64,000 nucleotides of DNA. It comes from Hydrurus foetidus. Taxonomy: Eukaryota. Positions 37,427-52,800 of the stretch are shown here, piece after piece. How positions within the stretch are numbered: the first letter of the stretch is position 1; each line of letters begins with the position of its first letter. The stretch spans positions 1 through 64,000 of the forward strand of contig UYFQ01000683.1 in NCBI GenBank assembly GCA_900617105.1, given 5' to 3'. A model generated the notes under the pieces. That model was not told the DNA's origin. It saw nothing but the letters and a program-made list of their open reading frames with translations, and did no database searches. The position numbers and the translations under genes were made by a program.

Positions 37427-39908
37427 AGAGGTAGGGAACATGTCATGTGCAGCGACTTGAACACCGCACTTCGGGATATCTTCTGGGCTTGTGATTGATC
37501 CCAAGGCAAAGTCGTCACTGATCGTCTGCTGAGCGTTTCTAGCTCGAAGCACTTCAATCTGTTCAAACGAATATAACAGAGATGAGTAGAAGCGAATAAG
37601 GAGCTTATCACACTGTAAAAGGTGAAACAAATCGTGGTGGACACATTTCAAGTACGCACCTCATATGGTAATAGAACTTGAATAATTCCTGGTTTGAGTT
37701 GTGAAGACAGAGACGTCCCATACGTTCTCCCTCCAGTACTTCCAGCTCGTAGGAGTTTTTCCTCTATGCCCATTAGCAGATCGCTTTTCATTTGGTTTAT
37801 TTGTTTGCTATTATCTCTGTACTCTTCGCTGTTACCGCGACCCAACTTGTGTGTGAGTTGTGAAAAACCTGGACCTGAGGATGAGGCAGAGGAAAAGGTA
37901 GTGCTGCCGCGTTTCATCAATTGCAGCCAGCTCTCCATGCGCACTCTCTGAGTAGCAGCTGTCTCCACATCATCATTTCCGATGACGTCGCCCTCTGGAA
38001 ATGCCTTGATGAAAGCTAGCATCTTGGATCCCAAGAGATGTCTCCCTGGAACATCTGCCATGGAACAGTCCTTGGACTCCCCCCTCCCGAGACGTTTCAC
38101 AATGTCCTTCTTATCCACACGGGACACCTTCGCACCAACAGCAGCAGCACTGTCACAATCCATATCTGTGTGGGATGCTGACAATCTTATGACGTCATCT
38201 TCATCCTCTATACACACACCAACTGTTTCATCCATTGCTGAGTTGCTCTCCGTATCTAGACTGTCAGATCGCGCCAGAAGTCGAGCACTCAACAGTGGCT
38301 GACTTTTGATCATTAGAGATCCAAGGTCCGCTCCATTCTCGGAATCTGACGTGTCTACGGTCTTAGGTGCACTGGTTGCGAGAGCTGCAATCTTCCGCAC
38401 TAGTGGGTGTTGAAAAGTATACTTCCGCTTCGTTCTGATTTTATCTATTTGAGTCACAACCTCTTGCACTGCTCTATCACACATCTCTACAGTTGAAGCT
38501 GTGTTTTCATTGACCTGAATGAGAACATCACCTTTTACGGTGCGATCTCCGTTATTGTGTAAGTCTGACACGTGTAAGCCCTCAGGGAAAAAAATCGGCA
38601 CTGCCTCCACTTTCTGTGCAACTTTCTTCTTTTCTTCCTTGACTTTTGGTTTTGCCTTCACCTTCTGTTTTTGATCTTTATCAGTGCATAAATCTGTCTG
38701 AGCCACACGCTGAATATTCCCAGTTCCCAACCCAGACAAAGACAAAGACAAAGACGCATATCCAGAGGCTGCACCAGAAACAGTCCCAGACCCACTTTCA
38801 GTTTGATGTGCCTGAATACAAGAAGTATCTATAAGCTGCCTAGAGTCGGTGCTGATATACTGTCTTGTAGAGGAAGCGCAATTTAATGTTGAGTTTGCCG
38901 AAACCGCACTCGCCATAGACTGTTCTGTAACTTCTTCAACAGATTTTGTTCCTTTTAACAGTTTCACTGATGAACTGGGCTCGCTCGTGCTGGTAGACCG
39001 GGGGATAAATCTAAATAGACCTTGAGCTTGCTTAAGCGACTCTAACGCCATTTTTTTCTTTACGCCATCAGCTGATCGCTCAGTGATTTCGTAGTTTAAT
39101 TCCTGAGGAGAGTAGTTATGTATTTGGTTTGGATCTGTCAGGACCACCTTCACAAGTGGCTTATCTCCCTTCCTCCTAGGTTTCCTCACTTTGATTACAA
39201 TAGGAACAACTGACGGAGGAGAAAATAATGAAGCACTTCCTGTAGCTGTGGAAGCCAGAACAGCTATTTCTTTCGCTGATGATAAACAGTGTGGCTCTGT
39301 GACAGTCATCGGAATGGGAGTCGCCTCAACTTCTAGAATACCAGCACTCTCAGCTGTGCACACTATTTTCTCGGCAACATGATGCAATAAGCTATTATGA
39401 ATGCACTGATCTACGGTCGCCTCACAAGATGCATCAGTGGTGGAATTTTTCCAGGGAGCTACAATACCCTCGGCATCCATGCTGTAACAGATCAACAATA
39501 GAAATTCAGCGATTTACAGGCACGTTTTTTCGTAGAAGTCAACACTATTGCTCTGATAGTCACCTCAGTTCTGGCGCAGCAATGACAATGTCGCAATGAA
39601 TTCCGGCTGTTGTCAGACCTGCACCTTTTAATGGCATCTGTTGCAAATGAATTTTTACTTCAGATGCGACTCATTGAAGCAGTTTCGGTAATGATCGTTT
39701 AAAAAATAATCTAAAATACCTCTGTAAAAGCTGCAGTAGCAACAAATAAATAACTTTTCCCGTTGTTCTCGTCTGAATACATGTCGGCAGATTTGTCATC
39801 GTTTGATGCGATTTGTGAGTCCGTAATCATCGGCGTTGCACAGGGGAGCGCGCTCGCCTCACCTGGAGTGCCCTCTATGATGTTAGAAGAGTCACTCCGG
39901 TACGACAT
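29591..39908 (-). CDS. Giant histone deacetylase-family protein (class II-like Zn-dependent) with six BRK-like repeats; intron 37559-37659; 5' exons uncertain
   Basis: C-terminal IRPPGHHAG, GFCLLNNVAIGA, DIDAHFGNGT, SAGFDG and VLEGGY. Upstream HDAC pieces are SHLVPRKMPERSIRI, VALVHADEYIDHL and DTYISPCSFEAA. ORFs of 616 and 2686 aa join in phase 0 (GAG|gtgcgt...aacag|ATT). Confidence 0.88.
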
Positions 39909-40928
39909 CTGCTAAATAAAGTGGTTGAATTTGATGCCCCCAGAGAAGAGTATCGGAGAGTACTCCTTAGACAGTAAAGCACCTTCAGCTATTACAGAAA
40001 CAGAATCGCGCGTAATCCCAGAAGCAGCAGGCAGCAGATAACCAGCCACTGCTCAGTCGTGGTTGGACAGGTTGGGCTGCAAAAGATTTGGATTGGGACT
40101 CATCCACATCAGCTCTGAGCTATTTTTGAAAACTGCAGCAATCTATGACTGAAGAGAGAGAGACGCTCAAACAATTCCAACTCGATTTTGTAGGAAGCGG
40201 TTAAATTTCTTGATTCATCGAAAAAACGGTATTAGTAAAGGTCAGGAGGTCAGCTTGTGTGCCCTTTGTCAACTTCAAGTCACACAATTATGAATTAGGA
40301 CGGTGTAGGGTATCAAGCAAGAGGGATACACAAATACCGGCACTGTTTCAAATACCAGGACTGGAGTTAACTATTTTAAAATGCTGTAGTCGTTGACAGC
40401 GCAAAGCTGTCACAAATGCATTTGAATAGAGGCATTCACGTTGTGATCTCCACTCACCAATTGCTAAGAGTACGTCGTATTGTAGGAGACCCTCGCCCGT
40501 GATTTTCTCCGCTAATTCTTTGTGAACTGTACAGATTTTTGAGGTGGCAGGCAATAGTTTCAATGATATTTCTCCCCTGAACAGTAACAAAATCAGGAAT
40601 ACTTTTGCCATACTTGTGCCCGATATCGATGTGATCTCTGGCCATGCATTTAACAAAATATGACATCTTAAATGTTATGCATGAGCGTCCCTCTCGGAAT
40701 CAGCACTTACTTGTAACCCCTGTCTGGCTGGTCTTTCACCTTCAACATTTCCCCTAAATTTTACAGCACCTACCGTTCTGCGTCTAAATTTAGACGGAAC
40801 CCCCCTCCCTCATTCATCCATCGGTCACAGGTTTGCGTTGACATGAATAAGCTCAGAGCTTTGAGCTGCATCCTGCATCGTAACAAAATGTGCACTATCG
40901 TCAAAGAACTTTGAGGTAGCGTGGATGA

Positions 40929-43900
40929 ATGGGTAATGCGCCGCTGATTGACGATCACAACTGCGGTGGTGGAGAGCCTAAAGATCCGATAAATAAACCT
41001 GTTAAGATAAAATCATGTAGAGTCTTGGAAGCGACATTGGATGAAAAAGTAGACCCGAAAACCAAATCGAAATCTGCTCAACAAGGTGGCTCGTATTCTG
41101 AAAATACATCGAGAAAGCTGTCTGTTACAGACGAATCTCCTCTTGTGGTAATAGAGCGTGATGCTCCCACAGAACAGAAACGCGGGTCGAACGCGTACTA
41201 TCGTATTCAACTCCCAGGGAATGGAATGTCCGATCAGGAGTGCAAAACCGTTTGGAGTTCTGAGGTTAATGAATGTCATTTGATTAAAGATAGTGTAGCG
41301 TCAAATCTCCATGGTAATGACCTATTTGAACCTGAGAAGGAAAATCAGATTCATGTGACATCGTCTGGATCATATGATGACGCAGGTGCTAGCGTAACAG
41401 AAACCATTACGGATAATGATGAGGATGATAAAGAACTGCAGCCTTTAGAAATTTTGTTGCAATTCATCCCCTATTACGGCCAAGGGGATCCTTCAAATGA
41501 TGCTATTGTTAGATCAACATTGTCTGGCATGTCCGTAGAGGATATTGATTCACAGGATGAGTATGGAAACACTTTGCTACTGCTGGCATGTCAGCATCGT
41601 TGTGAAGACTTAGCAAGAATCATGCTGAATAAGGGAGCAAATCCAAGCGCACTGAACTCTGCTGGGGCATGTTGTCTGCATTTCGCGTGCTACAAGGAGT
41701 CGCAGTCCATGAGTATCGCAAAGGTGCTTCTCCAGAATGGTGCTGATCCTGAGGTCATAGAATCCACATATGGGTGCACACCTCTGCACTACTGCGGGGG
41801 AAGTGGGAATATTGGACTGTGCAAAATGTTGATCGCCCATGGGGCTCAAATCAACTCCACTGACTTCTACAGCTACACTTGTGTTGACTATGCGAGGGAA
41901 GCTAAGATGCACGAAGCTGTTATTTACTTACAGCAGCGACTTGATCAGTACGTTATGCAAAACTCCTACAGACTAGGCAGCGGGTGCGGCAACTATGGAG
42001 GCAATGGGAATGGAGCATACTACCCCTCACATCACTTTCCACCCTTCCATTCGAATGATTGGAACGAAGAAATCGATCCTGTCAGCGGAGAGAGATATTT
42101 CACTAATTTCCGTACTGGTGAGAGTTTGTGGGAGAACGATTTCAATTCTCGTATCGCAGCTGTTGGACTGAATAGTAATGGACCATTGGGTCATTTGGGG
42201 GGTGTAACTGGTACGGGCCAAAGCCAGTCACCTCAAAAAGATCCCAATAACACAAGCGTGAGTCAAATGGAGACAGGCAGACGTAACAGCATAGGCATAG
42301 GTGCAGCGAATATGCCACCATTAGTGAGAAAGCTGTCCACACTGTCAGCCAATCCCTTCATCTCCCCCGAGAGGGGGTTTGAGATAGAGGCATGCAGAAT
42401 CCGTGTGGAGTCGATACTAACACGTCACGCTCCAGTGAGATTGAAAGAATTGGAATCGATGATGATCGACCACCAAGGGAAGGAGTCTGAGTTGCTGCAA
42501 GGTCTGTGCAAAGAGTATGCACTTAGCAGTGAGGAGGAGGTAGCAGCGTACAGATCAGCTCTCAAAATACTTCAAATAGACCTCACTGGTAGAAGGAAAT
42601 CAATACGACTCAACATGGCCAGTGCAACTCCGTATCACAGCACCATGTCTGCTCGTCCTGGGACTGCTCTTAGGAAACATCCAGTGTCTTCAGTGCCTCC
42701 ATCTCCACTAGCAGGTAGCATGTTAGGGGGATTCAGTGCCACTGCCACCCCTCCTGTCCCTGTTTCAGGGAGTACCATGGATCAGTCGGTTGTGATGCTG
42801 ATGATAGGGGAGGCGAGAGCTGCACATGAAGCACAGGCAATGCAGATGATGGCTGATGCGAGGTGGCAATCTCTTGTTTCTGCCTGGTCTCGTCTCATTT
42901 TCCATCTGTGCGCATTGGTGTTAGCGTCAATTACTGGTACTTGTGTGCATATCGTGTTGTGTTGTGTTGTGTTGTGTTGTGTCGAGTCATAGTTGCACCT
43001 GCGAGTCAATGTGCCAATAGCTTTACCACTATACCGCTGGGCTCATACATCTGTTAGAATCGGAACACTAATTCAATTGAATTCTTGTCAGGACAACGCA
43101 TGAAGCTCTCTTGGAGAGTGAGAGAAAAGCATTCCGATGCGCTATTAGCGAAAGTGAAGGAGTTGTGGTGAAGCTACAGTCAGAATATGATGGCGTTCTA
43201 AACCGTATAAAGGCTTTGGAGGTGCGTCAATGATCATCTTGCTTGATGTATCTTTGCTATCTAATTGCCTCTTCTTTCGCAGTAACACTCTCCCACTTAA
43301 GTCTTAACCACGTCTTAGTAATCCATATCATAGCAAACTCCTCAATTTGTATATGACGCATGTGTAGGAAGAGAAAGAGAAGCTACAAGAGAAATTGCAA
43401 CGCACTCTTTCTCACGGTGGAGAAGCCATATCGAAAGTAGAAGAGGCAATCGAGAAGAAAGACGAACAGAACGCTGCTCTGAAAATTGAATTATCGTCAG
43501 CCAGAGAAGAGCTTGCTTACAAGAAGGAAAGGCAGAGGGGCACGGAATTGATCATCGCCGATTTGAACGCTGGACAAGCAGACATACTCGCAAGGTCGGT
43601 GTTGTATGGTATAGCATAGTATAGTATAACATGAGAATGAGTGGAAGAAATGTAATGTAGACAACAGTATTGTACAGTATTGTTTAGTATAGTATCGCGT
43701 TAGTATTGTACAGTATAGTATCGCGTTAGTATTGTACAGTATAGTATCGCGTTAGTCTATGTAGCATAGTATAGTATAGCATAGCATAAAGAAGAGTAGA
43801 AGAATAGTACTGCGTGTAAACACACAAGCCGCACGAGTCAGCTTCAAGTGCAGTCAGTCATTCTTGTTTGTGTTATGTTCCATGCGTTACGGATACCAGT

Positions 43901-44394
43901 TAGTAGCTTCCGTTTCGTCAGTCCCGCAAATACGGAAGTGCGTATCTACAGATCTTAGAGCATGTATAGATCTTACAGTAATCCGTATGCTGCATTGTGA
44001 TTCGTTCATAGCGCATAATACTGCATGACGACGAAGCATGGCATTCTTTGTCTTGTGTCTCTTGCTAGCTGAATCAAATGAAACTAAATTTAATTGAAAT
44101 GTATGATTACATTGATTACATCGCTGCTCAGTAGTCTATTGTATTCTCCCGTATTTCATATAATAATCGTCTTTATTTATCTTATTCCGTTCTGCTGTAT
44201 TGTCCAACACGCCATTTTCCGGCATTATGATTTTAAGTGCTCTCAGCTAATCTCATCTAGTCTGATTCAATTTAATGTGATAGAGGTCAGGCAGCTGCAG
44301 AAGATAGAGTCAAGCAGCAGAGAGAGAAAGACCAGCAGCACACAGCAGAAATCAGAGAGATTGAGGTCTCGATCCCTTACTCCCTTCTCTTGAT

Positions 44395-44430
<36 letters not shown>

Positions 44431-47400
44431 TTACACATACACATACACATATACATACACACACACTCTCACTCTCTAACACGAACGAACCACAAACTTA
44501 AATTCACTTCTATTCTCTCTTAAGGGTGCTGCTAAAGCCATGGAGGTGAGGGCCCGACAAGACCTGAATAAGGTGAAAGCAGATTTCGAGAAAATAGAAG
44601 AAAGTTTGAAATCGGAGCATGAAAGCGTCAAGAAAACCAAAAACGTTCTGCTGGATGCTCTTAACAGGTAAGATGAGAAAAATCAAGAATATTTGAACCT
44701 TAAAATGAATGCAAGCAACGAGCTGTCAGAAACTGAATATTCATAACGTACGTATGTAGGGAATTAACGATTCTGAAAGCGACTTTTGCAAAAGAAAGTT
44801 CTGCTTACAAGCTGCAAATCGAGGATTTGATGAAGTCTAACGACGAGTTGCTGAAGCGCACAGACACTGCTGAGGGGATGGTGCGCAGCATGCAGGTAAC
44901 TCAAACATACGCTGACTGATACACCGACTGCCTGCCTGCCTGATACGCTGACTGCTCGATTGCCATTGAATTTAAGAATCAAATAGCGCTAGTAGATCAA
45001 AAGAACAGCGAATTGACATAATCGCCCTCAGAGTTCCTCGATTCAGATAGATTCCTAATAGAGTGTTTGCGAAACCTCGTATTTTGAAAATACGAGTTTT
45101 AAACTCGGCTTTTTCAAACTCGTTTGTTGGAAATATTACGACTTTTCATGTTGAAAACCCGACTTCACCACCTGTTTTCGAAGAAGTCGTTTTTATTCTC
45201 GTTGTGACGAGTTTGAAAAAGCCGAGTTTGAAACTCGTATTTTCAAAATACAAGGTTTCGCAAACACTCTAATTGAGGAAGAGGAATACAGTGTATTGGC
45301 CGTGATTCTTCTTATCTCTCAACTCCTTCACTCCACTAGGCTGAAGTGCAGGAGGCTCAGAGATTACAGGTGACCAACTTGCAGCTACACAAGGACCTAG
45401 CGAGGGAGCAGCAAGTGCGTAGAAGACTGCACAACGAAATGGAAGACATGAAGGGCAAGATAAGAGTGTACGTACGCATCAGACCGTTCTCCAAGAAGGA
45501 GAGCGACATGGGCTGCAAGGAAGCTGTTCTCAAGGTTAGTTAGGAATAATGTCGACTTCAAAATAAAACAAAACAGCAGTTTGAGGATTCTCTTGGAGGA
45601 CATTTGACGAATGTAGCGTGAGAAACGTTGTTCTCCGCGATTCTTTTGGAGTACGAAGTTGTGACATACTTGTTTATCCCCTGTTCTGTCCCCTCCAATC
45701 CCCTCCACTTCTCTGTCCTCTTTTCTTCTATCCTCTCAGGACGGCAAGCTCAGTGTGATGGTGAGGGGTCTAGGGGGGTTACCGGATGCGAAAAAAATAT
45801 ACGACTTTGATCAGGTAAATCCATATAGATACATTAAATGAAATGAAAATAGAATGAAGTACTTCTATAATACTTACCGTGATACATTACATATTTTGTG
45901 GCATGCTGCAGCATAATTCTTATCTGATGAGTCTTGTACTCCTCTCTGTCTCTCTGACTAACTGTGTTCTTTGCAATTGTGACTACATACCCGTGCAGGT
46001 GTTTGGGGGGTCGGATGGCAACTCTCAGGCAGACGTGTTCCGAGACACAAAACACCTAATGACGTCAGTCATAGATGGCTACAACGTGTGCATATTCGCA
46101 TACGGACAAACAGGGGCAGGAAAGGTGAGCAAACGCTTTTAGATTCATCCTACCATTTCTTGACGCTGAAGGAGCTACCTACATACCTTTTCTGCCCTCT
46201 ATCTTGCGGGACAATATCACACGTAGAAATTCCACATCCACCAACTGATTTACCACCATTCTGCAGTCCTTCACTATGATCGGTGCGGCAGACATAGGAA
46301 ACTGTTTGCAAGACAACGGAGACTTCGATGACCTTGCAGGCATCACTCCTAGAGCAGTGTCTGAGCTGTTCCGATTACTTGTGGAGAGGACGGCTCAGAT
46401 AGACTTCAATGTTGAAGTGAGCATGTTCCAGGTGCGTACTGCTCAACACCTACACACATTCGCACATCTCTTCTCTGACCTCTCATTGTCTCCCTTCCCG
46501 GCTCCTCCTTTCTTCTATTCCTCCTCATCACGTACGCATCTTTTTTCAGGTCCCTAAATTGTTATCTAAATCATCGATAAGACTTATTGTCTCCTCTCTT
46601 ATCCTCTCTTCTCCTCTCCCCGCGTCTCCTTTCCTCTACTTGTCACTTGCTCTTCTGTACCTTGTATTATCAACTGCAAGCAATGGAATAAAAAGTTGGC
46701 AGTATGGTAGTCATTCAAACACACAGGCTCTGAAACGTCATTACCAGGGCAAATGATGATTTGTGTGTCAACAATTGACTCCATCATTCTAACGCATCTC
46801 ATCGACCTTGAATTCTCCATTTATTCTATCCCACCCTCCTCCATTCTCTCCCTCTCCCATCCTCACTCTTTCACTTCCTCACACTACCTCTCTGTCTCTC
46901 TCTCCACTACGCACAGCTTTATCGAGACGGCCTGGAAGACTTGTTGGTTGAAAAGGATAAAGAAAAACGAAAGACAAAGGACGAGGATAAAGGACCAGGA
47001 ACAGGAACGGGGCCCGGGGCCGGATCGGGGTCAGGGGGGCCTCTGAAGATCACTCTGGCGGAACACAGCCCCACCGGACTTGTGCAAGTTAGTATGAGGA
47101 AAAGGAAGAGGAAGAGAATTCGCCTAACAGCTCTCAGTGGATGTGTCGATTATTAAGTCAGTGTGTGTATATTCCATATTTGAACAGTTTTAAGTACTTT
47201 CTTGAATATTTCGTAATTGCATTAAGTAGAAAATGTTGATCTCGTGAGTCATTTCGGAGTACAGAAATATGATGTCTCTCTTTAATTGTGACCTCCACAA
47301 TATCTTGTGTTTCACTAGGTGGAAGGTGCAGTAGTTCTGACCGCTAGTACGCCCAAAGAAGTTATGAAGATATTCTCTAATGGTACGTGCGTGCGTATGA

Positions 47401-49420
47401 TGGTAATGAATGTGATGATGTTCTTTCTACGTATGCATGTCCTTGCGATTCAATTGAATAGTTCTCTCCTCTTCTGCCTTGTTCCCTTTCTCTCGCCTTT
47501 TGTCCTATTCAATTTTTCCGATATGTTTCTTCTACTCCATGGTGCATATTGCATAGGATCAGAGAGGAGAACTACAGCTTCTACGCAGATGAATAGTGAA
47601 AGCAGTCGGTCGCACCTCATCTGTTCCATAGTTGTAAGACTCACGAACAAAAGAACTGGGACGGAAGTCATAGGAAAGCTCACCCTTGTCGACTTAGCGG
47701 GCTCTGAGGTACATTATCATGACGCATCAGAACTTCCACCCTGCATATATTATCCGCAAAATTAGTTGATTTCAATCTTAAGCTAAAGCATGAAGCCAGA
47801 CTTCATCGCTACTCTTTGGAACGAAGGCTCTATTCTATGCCATTCTATTCTATTCTATTCTTCATGGAATAATCTTAATCTTACAAATTTTATCTGACGA
47901 CAAATTTTTGACAGCGCGTGGACAAATCTGGTGCTACTGGAGAAGTGCTGAAAGAAGCACAGAGCATCAACAAATCCCTCTCTTCTCTCAACCAATCTCT
48001 CTGATTTTCTTTCTCCCTCCCTCCTCTCTCCCCTCCCTGACCTTTCAACTTGCTGGTCGCTCCAAATACTTTGTTCTATCACACACATCACATTGCTACT
48101 GTAACTTTACCCTATATCCCTGTGTAGAACGTCATCCCCCATGCTACAGCAGTGATATTGGATGTTATTACCACCTCTTCACTAAATTACTCTTCACCCC
48201 AAAGACAAATAGCAGAATTTCTGGGCAAAAAACCATGCGATGCACTGTAAAGCGATGCAATGCATTTTAGCACAAAAATCAGATTCCATTTAACATTCTT
48301 CTACTCTTAGGTGACGTGATCGCTGCTCTGACATCGGGTCAGCAACACATTCCATACAGGAATCATCCTCTCACCATGCTTATGTCCGACAGGTGATGCT
48401 CTGCAGCAATGCATCTTAATTTCGCTTCCAGTTTTAATTTTGTTTGTCTGGGGACGTGTCCATTTCAGTCAGGAAGAAGAGCGATGCTGCTACTCCATGC
48501 TCCATACAGCTCTATTCTTGCCATCTACACTTACTCGGTATACCATTCTATTTACTTCTATACATACAGTTTGGGAGGCAATGCAAAGACTCTCATGTTC
48601 GTGAACGCCTCTCCAGCTGACTACAACAATGCAGAATCGAACAGCTCCCTCTCCTTCGCTAATCGATGCAAAGACGTCACTAACTCTGTCGCTACTGCGG
48701 GTCCAGGGGTGCAGGTAGTGCTAGCCGTGACCTGCATTACACCACCTCATTACGTGTTGTTTTGTCAATGTTGTACTCGCTGATATCCATCTATTTGTAC
48801 CCATTCACACCATATCTTCTCTATCCTATCCTATCCTATCCTGCTACCCTACCCTTGCCTAGCCAACAATCCAATAGTATAGCGTAATATAGTATAGCAC
48901 AGCGAAGCGTAGTATATCCCACTGCATCTATTCCAACTGTACACCTTACCTCAATCTGATCTACTCTACTCCCTACTTCACCTTATCATACTGTACCGTA
49001 CAATAACTTCCCGCGCTGTACACCCGATTCTAAATCTGTCCCTATCGTCGCCAGTCCTAGCATACCGTGACTCTACTCTACTCTACTCTACTCTACTCTA
49101 CTCTACTCTACTCTACTCTACTCTACTCTATCCTTCTCTACATTACCCTTCCACTGATCCGCATCCATTTTGCTGTGTCAATCAATTTGGGTGTTTGATT
49201 TCATGGACTAGAGGATTATCCTTGATAGGGACAGTGAAGCAGTATAAGTTCATCTAATCGATTCATTGTTTTAGTATCAGGGCGCCTAATGCCTATCCCT
49301 CCAAACACTCAGGCGGCTCAAATGCAAGCTCTAAAGAAGGAACTTGCGAAGTTGAAGAAGAGCGGGGCGGGCAAGAGCCCAGCTATGAGAGCCCCTCCAG
49401 GCACCTACAATCAAGACTGA
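40929..49420 (+). CDS. Kinesin-14 (C-terminal motor) with N-terminal ankyrin repeats, WW domain and coiled coil; many introns
   Basis: Ankyrin repeats ([19 protein letters not shown]) and WW ([26 protein letters not shown]). Neck [21 protein letters not shown]-loop [13 protein letters not shown]; switch [46 protein letters not shown]. The last exon runs 49313-49420. Confidence 0.9.
43690..43757. repeat. Intronic minisatellite, ~26-bp unit
   Basis: TAGTATCGCGTTAGTATTGTACAGTA repeated ~2.6 times within AGTAT-rich intron sequence. Confidence 0.8.
44395..44467. repeat. (CA)n microsatellite
   Basis: Direct observation. Confidence 0.95.
45060..45270. mobile_element. MITE (211 bp) with ~65-bp terminal inverted repeats in a kinesin intron
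   Basis: AGAGTGTTTGCGAAACCTCGTATTTTGAAAATACGAG... pairs with ...CTCGTATTTTCAAAATACAAGGTTTCGCAAACACTCT. It is flanked by AAT on both sides (45057-45059, 45271-45273). Confidence 0.88.
49071..49130. repeat. (CTCTA)n pentanucleotide microsatellite
   Basis: Direct observation, 12 units. Confidence 0.95.
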
Positions 49421-50072
49421 GAGAAAGATTAAATGATATAATAAAAGTAGTACAGAATCGACACTTCAATTTAATTAAATACACTCGGCTAATGTTTTTT
49501 GCTGCTGGCGACTTTATCAGCTAACTGCAGTGCAAGTGCGTATGCGTTTTTCAGCCCTTATCCGGATTTAATGTCACTAATCATGAGTGAACTGCTCAAT
49601 TCAATCTAACTCAGTTTAACGCAGAGGTATTTAACTCAACTGATTTCAATTGTTTGTTATGCGTGCGTGTATCCTTCACATCTAATTACGTTTGACCATC
49701 TATCCTATTTCGGTTATAGATGGTGCCCAATGTACTCGTGTCGTGTTTTTCACTTATTATTCCCAGGGTGAAGATGTAAATTAATCAGATTTCATGATAT
49801 TCTTGTTTTTACGCACTTCATGCATATACCGTATGTACTTTTTCCATAACGTAGTCACTGCAAAACTCACTTGCTAGACTAATATTCTGTCCAAAGTCGG
49901 GTGATTTTCAAATTTGTATTCCGTATTTTGTATGGGCACAAGGATTACCACACTTCAACTAAGGAACATTCCGTATTTCCTCTACCCGGAAACACTTCAT
50001 CATTGGTAGTGAAATTTTAAAAGAGGAGCATTTGAGAGAATGTTGCATGCCGTCTTGTACGCATCATTGTGA

Positions 50073-52019
<1,947 letters not shown>

Positions 52020-52800
52020 CAGCGCTGGTAGTCAGGGGCCACATAAATAGTGCAGTATGTACCTGTTAGTAACAAGTGGTGAGCACATCTGCTCCGAACG
52101 AATATGTCGCGTCTGAAAATGAGGTTTTTGTGTTGAGTCACATCTAGAGTTTCTGTATCGAAAAACACCTCTACAATGTCTTCATTTTATTTGCTGTGAA
52201 TAGTGCCCAGTTTCTCATCAAATCATGCAATTGTTACTATTGGTATCACATACTATTCCTGTCTTAAATTAAAGATAACATAAAACGCTTTCATGACAAT
52301 TACCGATGGGCATAAATATGCGCGATTGATATTGTGTTAGTCGATGTGGTAGCAAACTACTGTAAGATCACTGGTCTGTGTCCGGAATTTCGACGTTTTG
52401 GATATTACAGCTCATTCCGAAATAGAATCATGCCACGTTACCGATGGATGTTTTAGCTGCCAAAAATACGAAATATATCCCAAGCAAAAATAGTCGTAAA
52501 AAGTAAAAAGTAATACGTCGCCGTACCTACCGGTTTATTAAAAGGGGGACGATATTATACGGACTCTTCTCAAAGAAAGTGAAAAGTGAAACCTCTGTCC
52601 TCTGTCCTCTGTCCTCTGACCTCTGTCAACGAAGTTGTTAGTTGTTGGTTGTTGTTTTTCGTTGTCCGACTCTCCACTTCTCGGCATCCAGCCTTCTTCA
52701 ATTACGTCATTAGGGATTGGCCAACTACTCTCCTCGGTTGAATCAAAAGTCAAAAGTCGGTGCAACATCTGTGCGGCTGTCACCACCCGCTGGAGTCCCC

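Noticed and set aside
29823..39382. Many plus-strand ORFs of 60-240 aa
   Set aside because: These are antisense shadows of the long HDAC exons and carry no motifs.
40348..40666. Two overlapping minus-strand ORFs between the HDAC and kinesin genes
   Set aside because: They are short, have no recognisable motif and show no clear splice connection.
40929..41030. Cyclophilin-like C-terminal motif ([11 protein letters not shown])
   Set aside because: No other cyclophilin motifs were found upstream, so this is likely coincidence.
43690..43757. CRISPR-like array
   Set aside because: The repeats are contiguous without unique spacers and lie in a eukaryotic intron.
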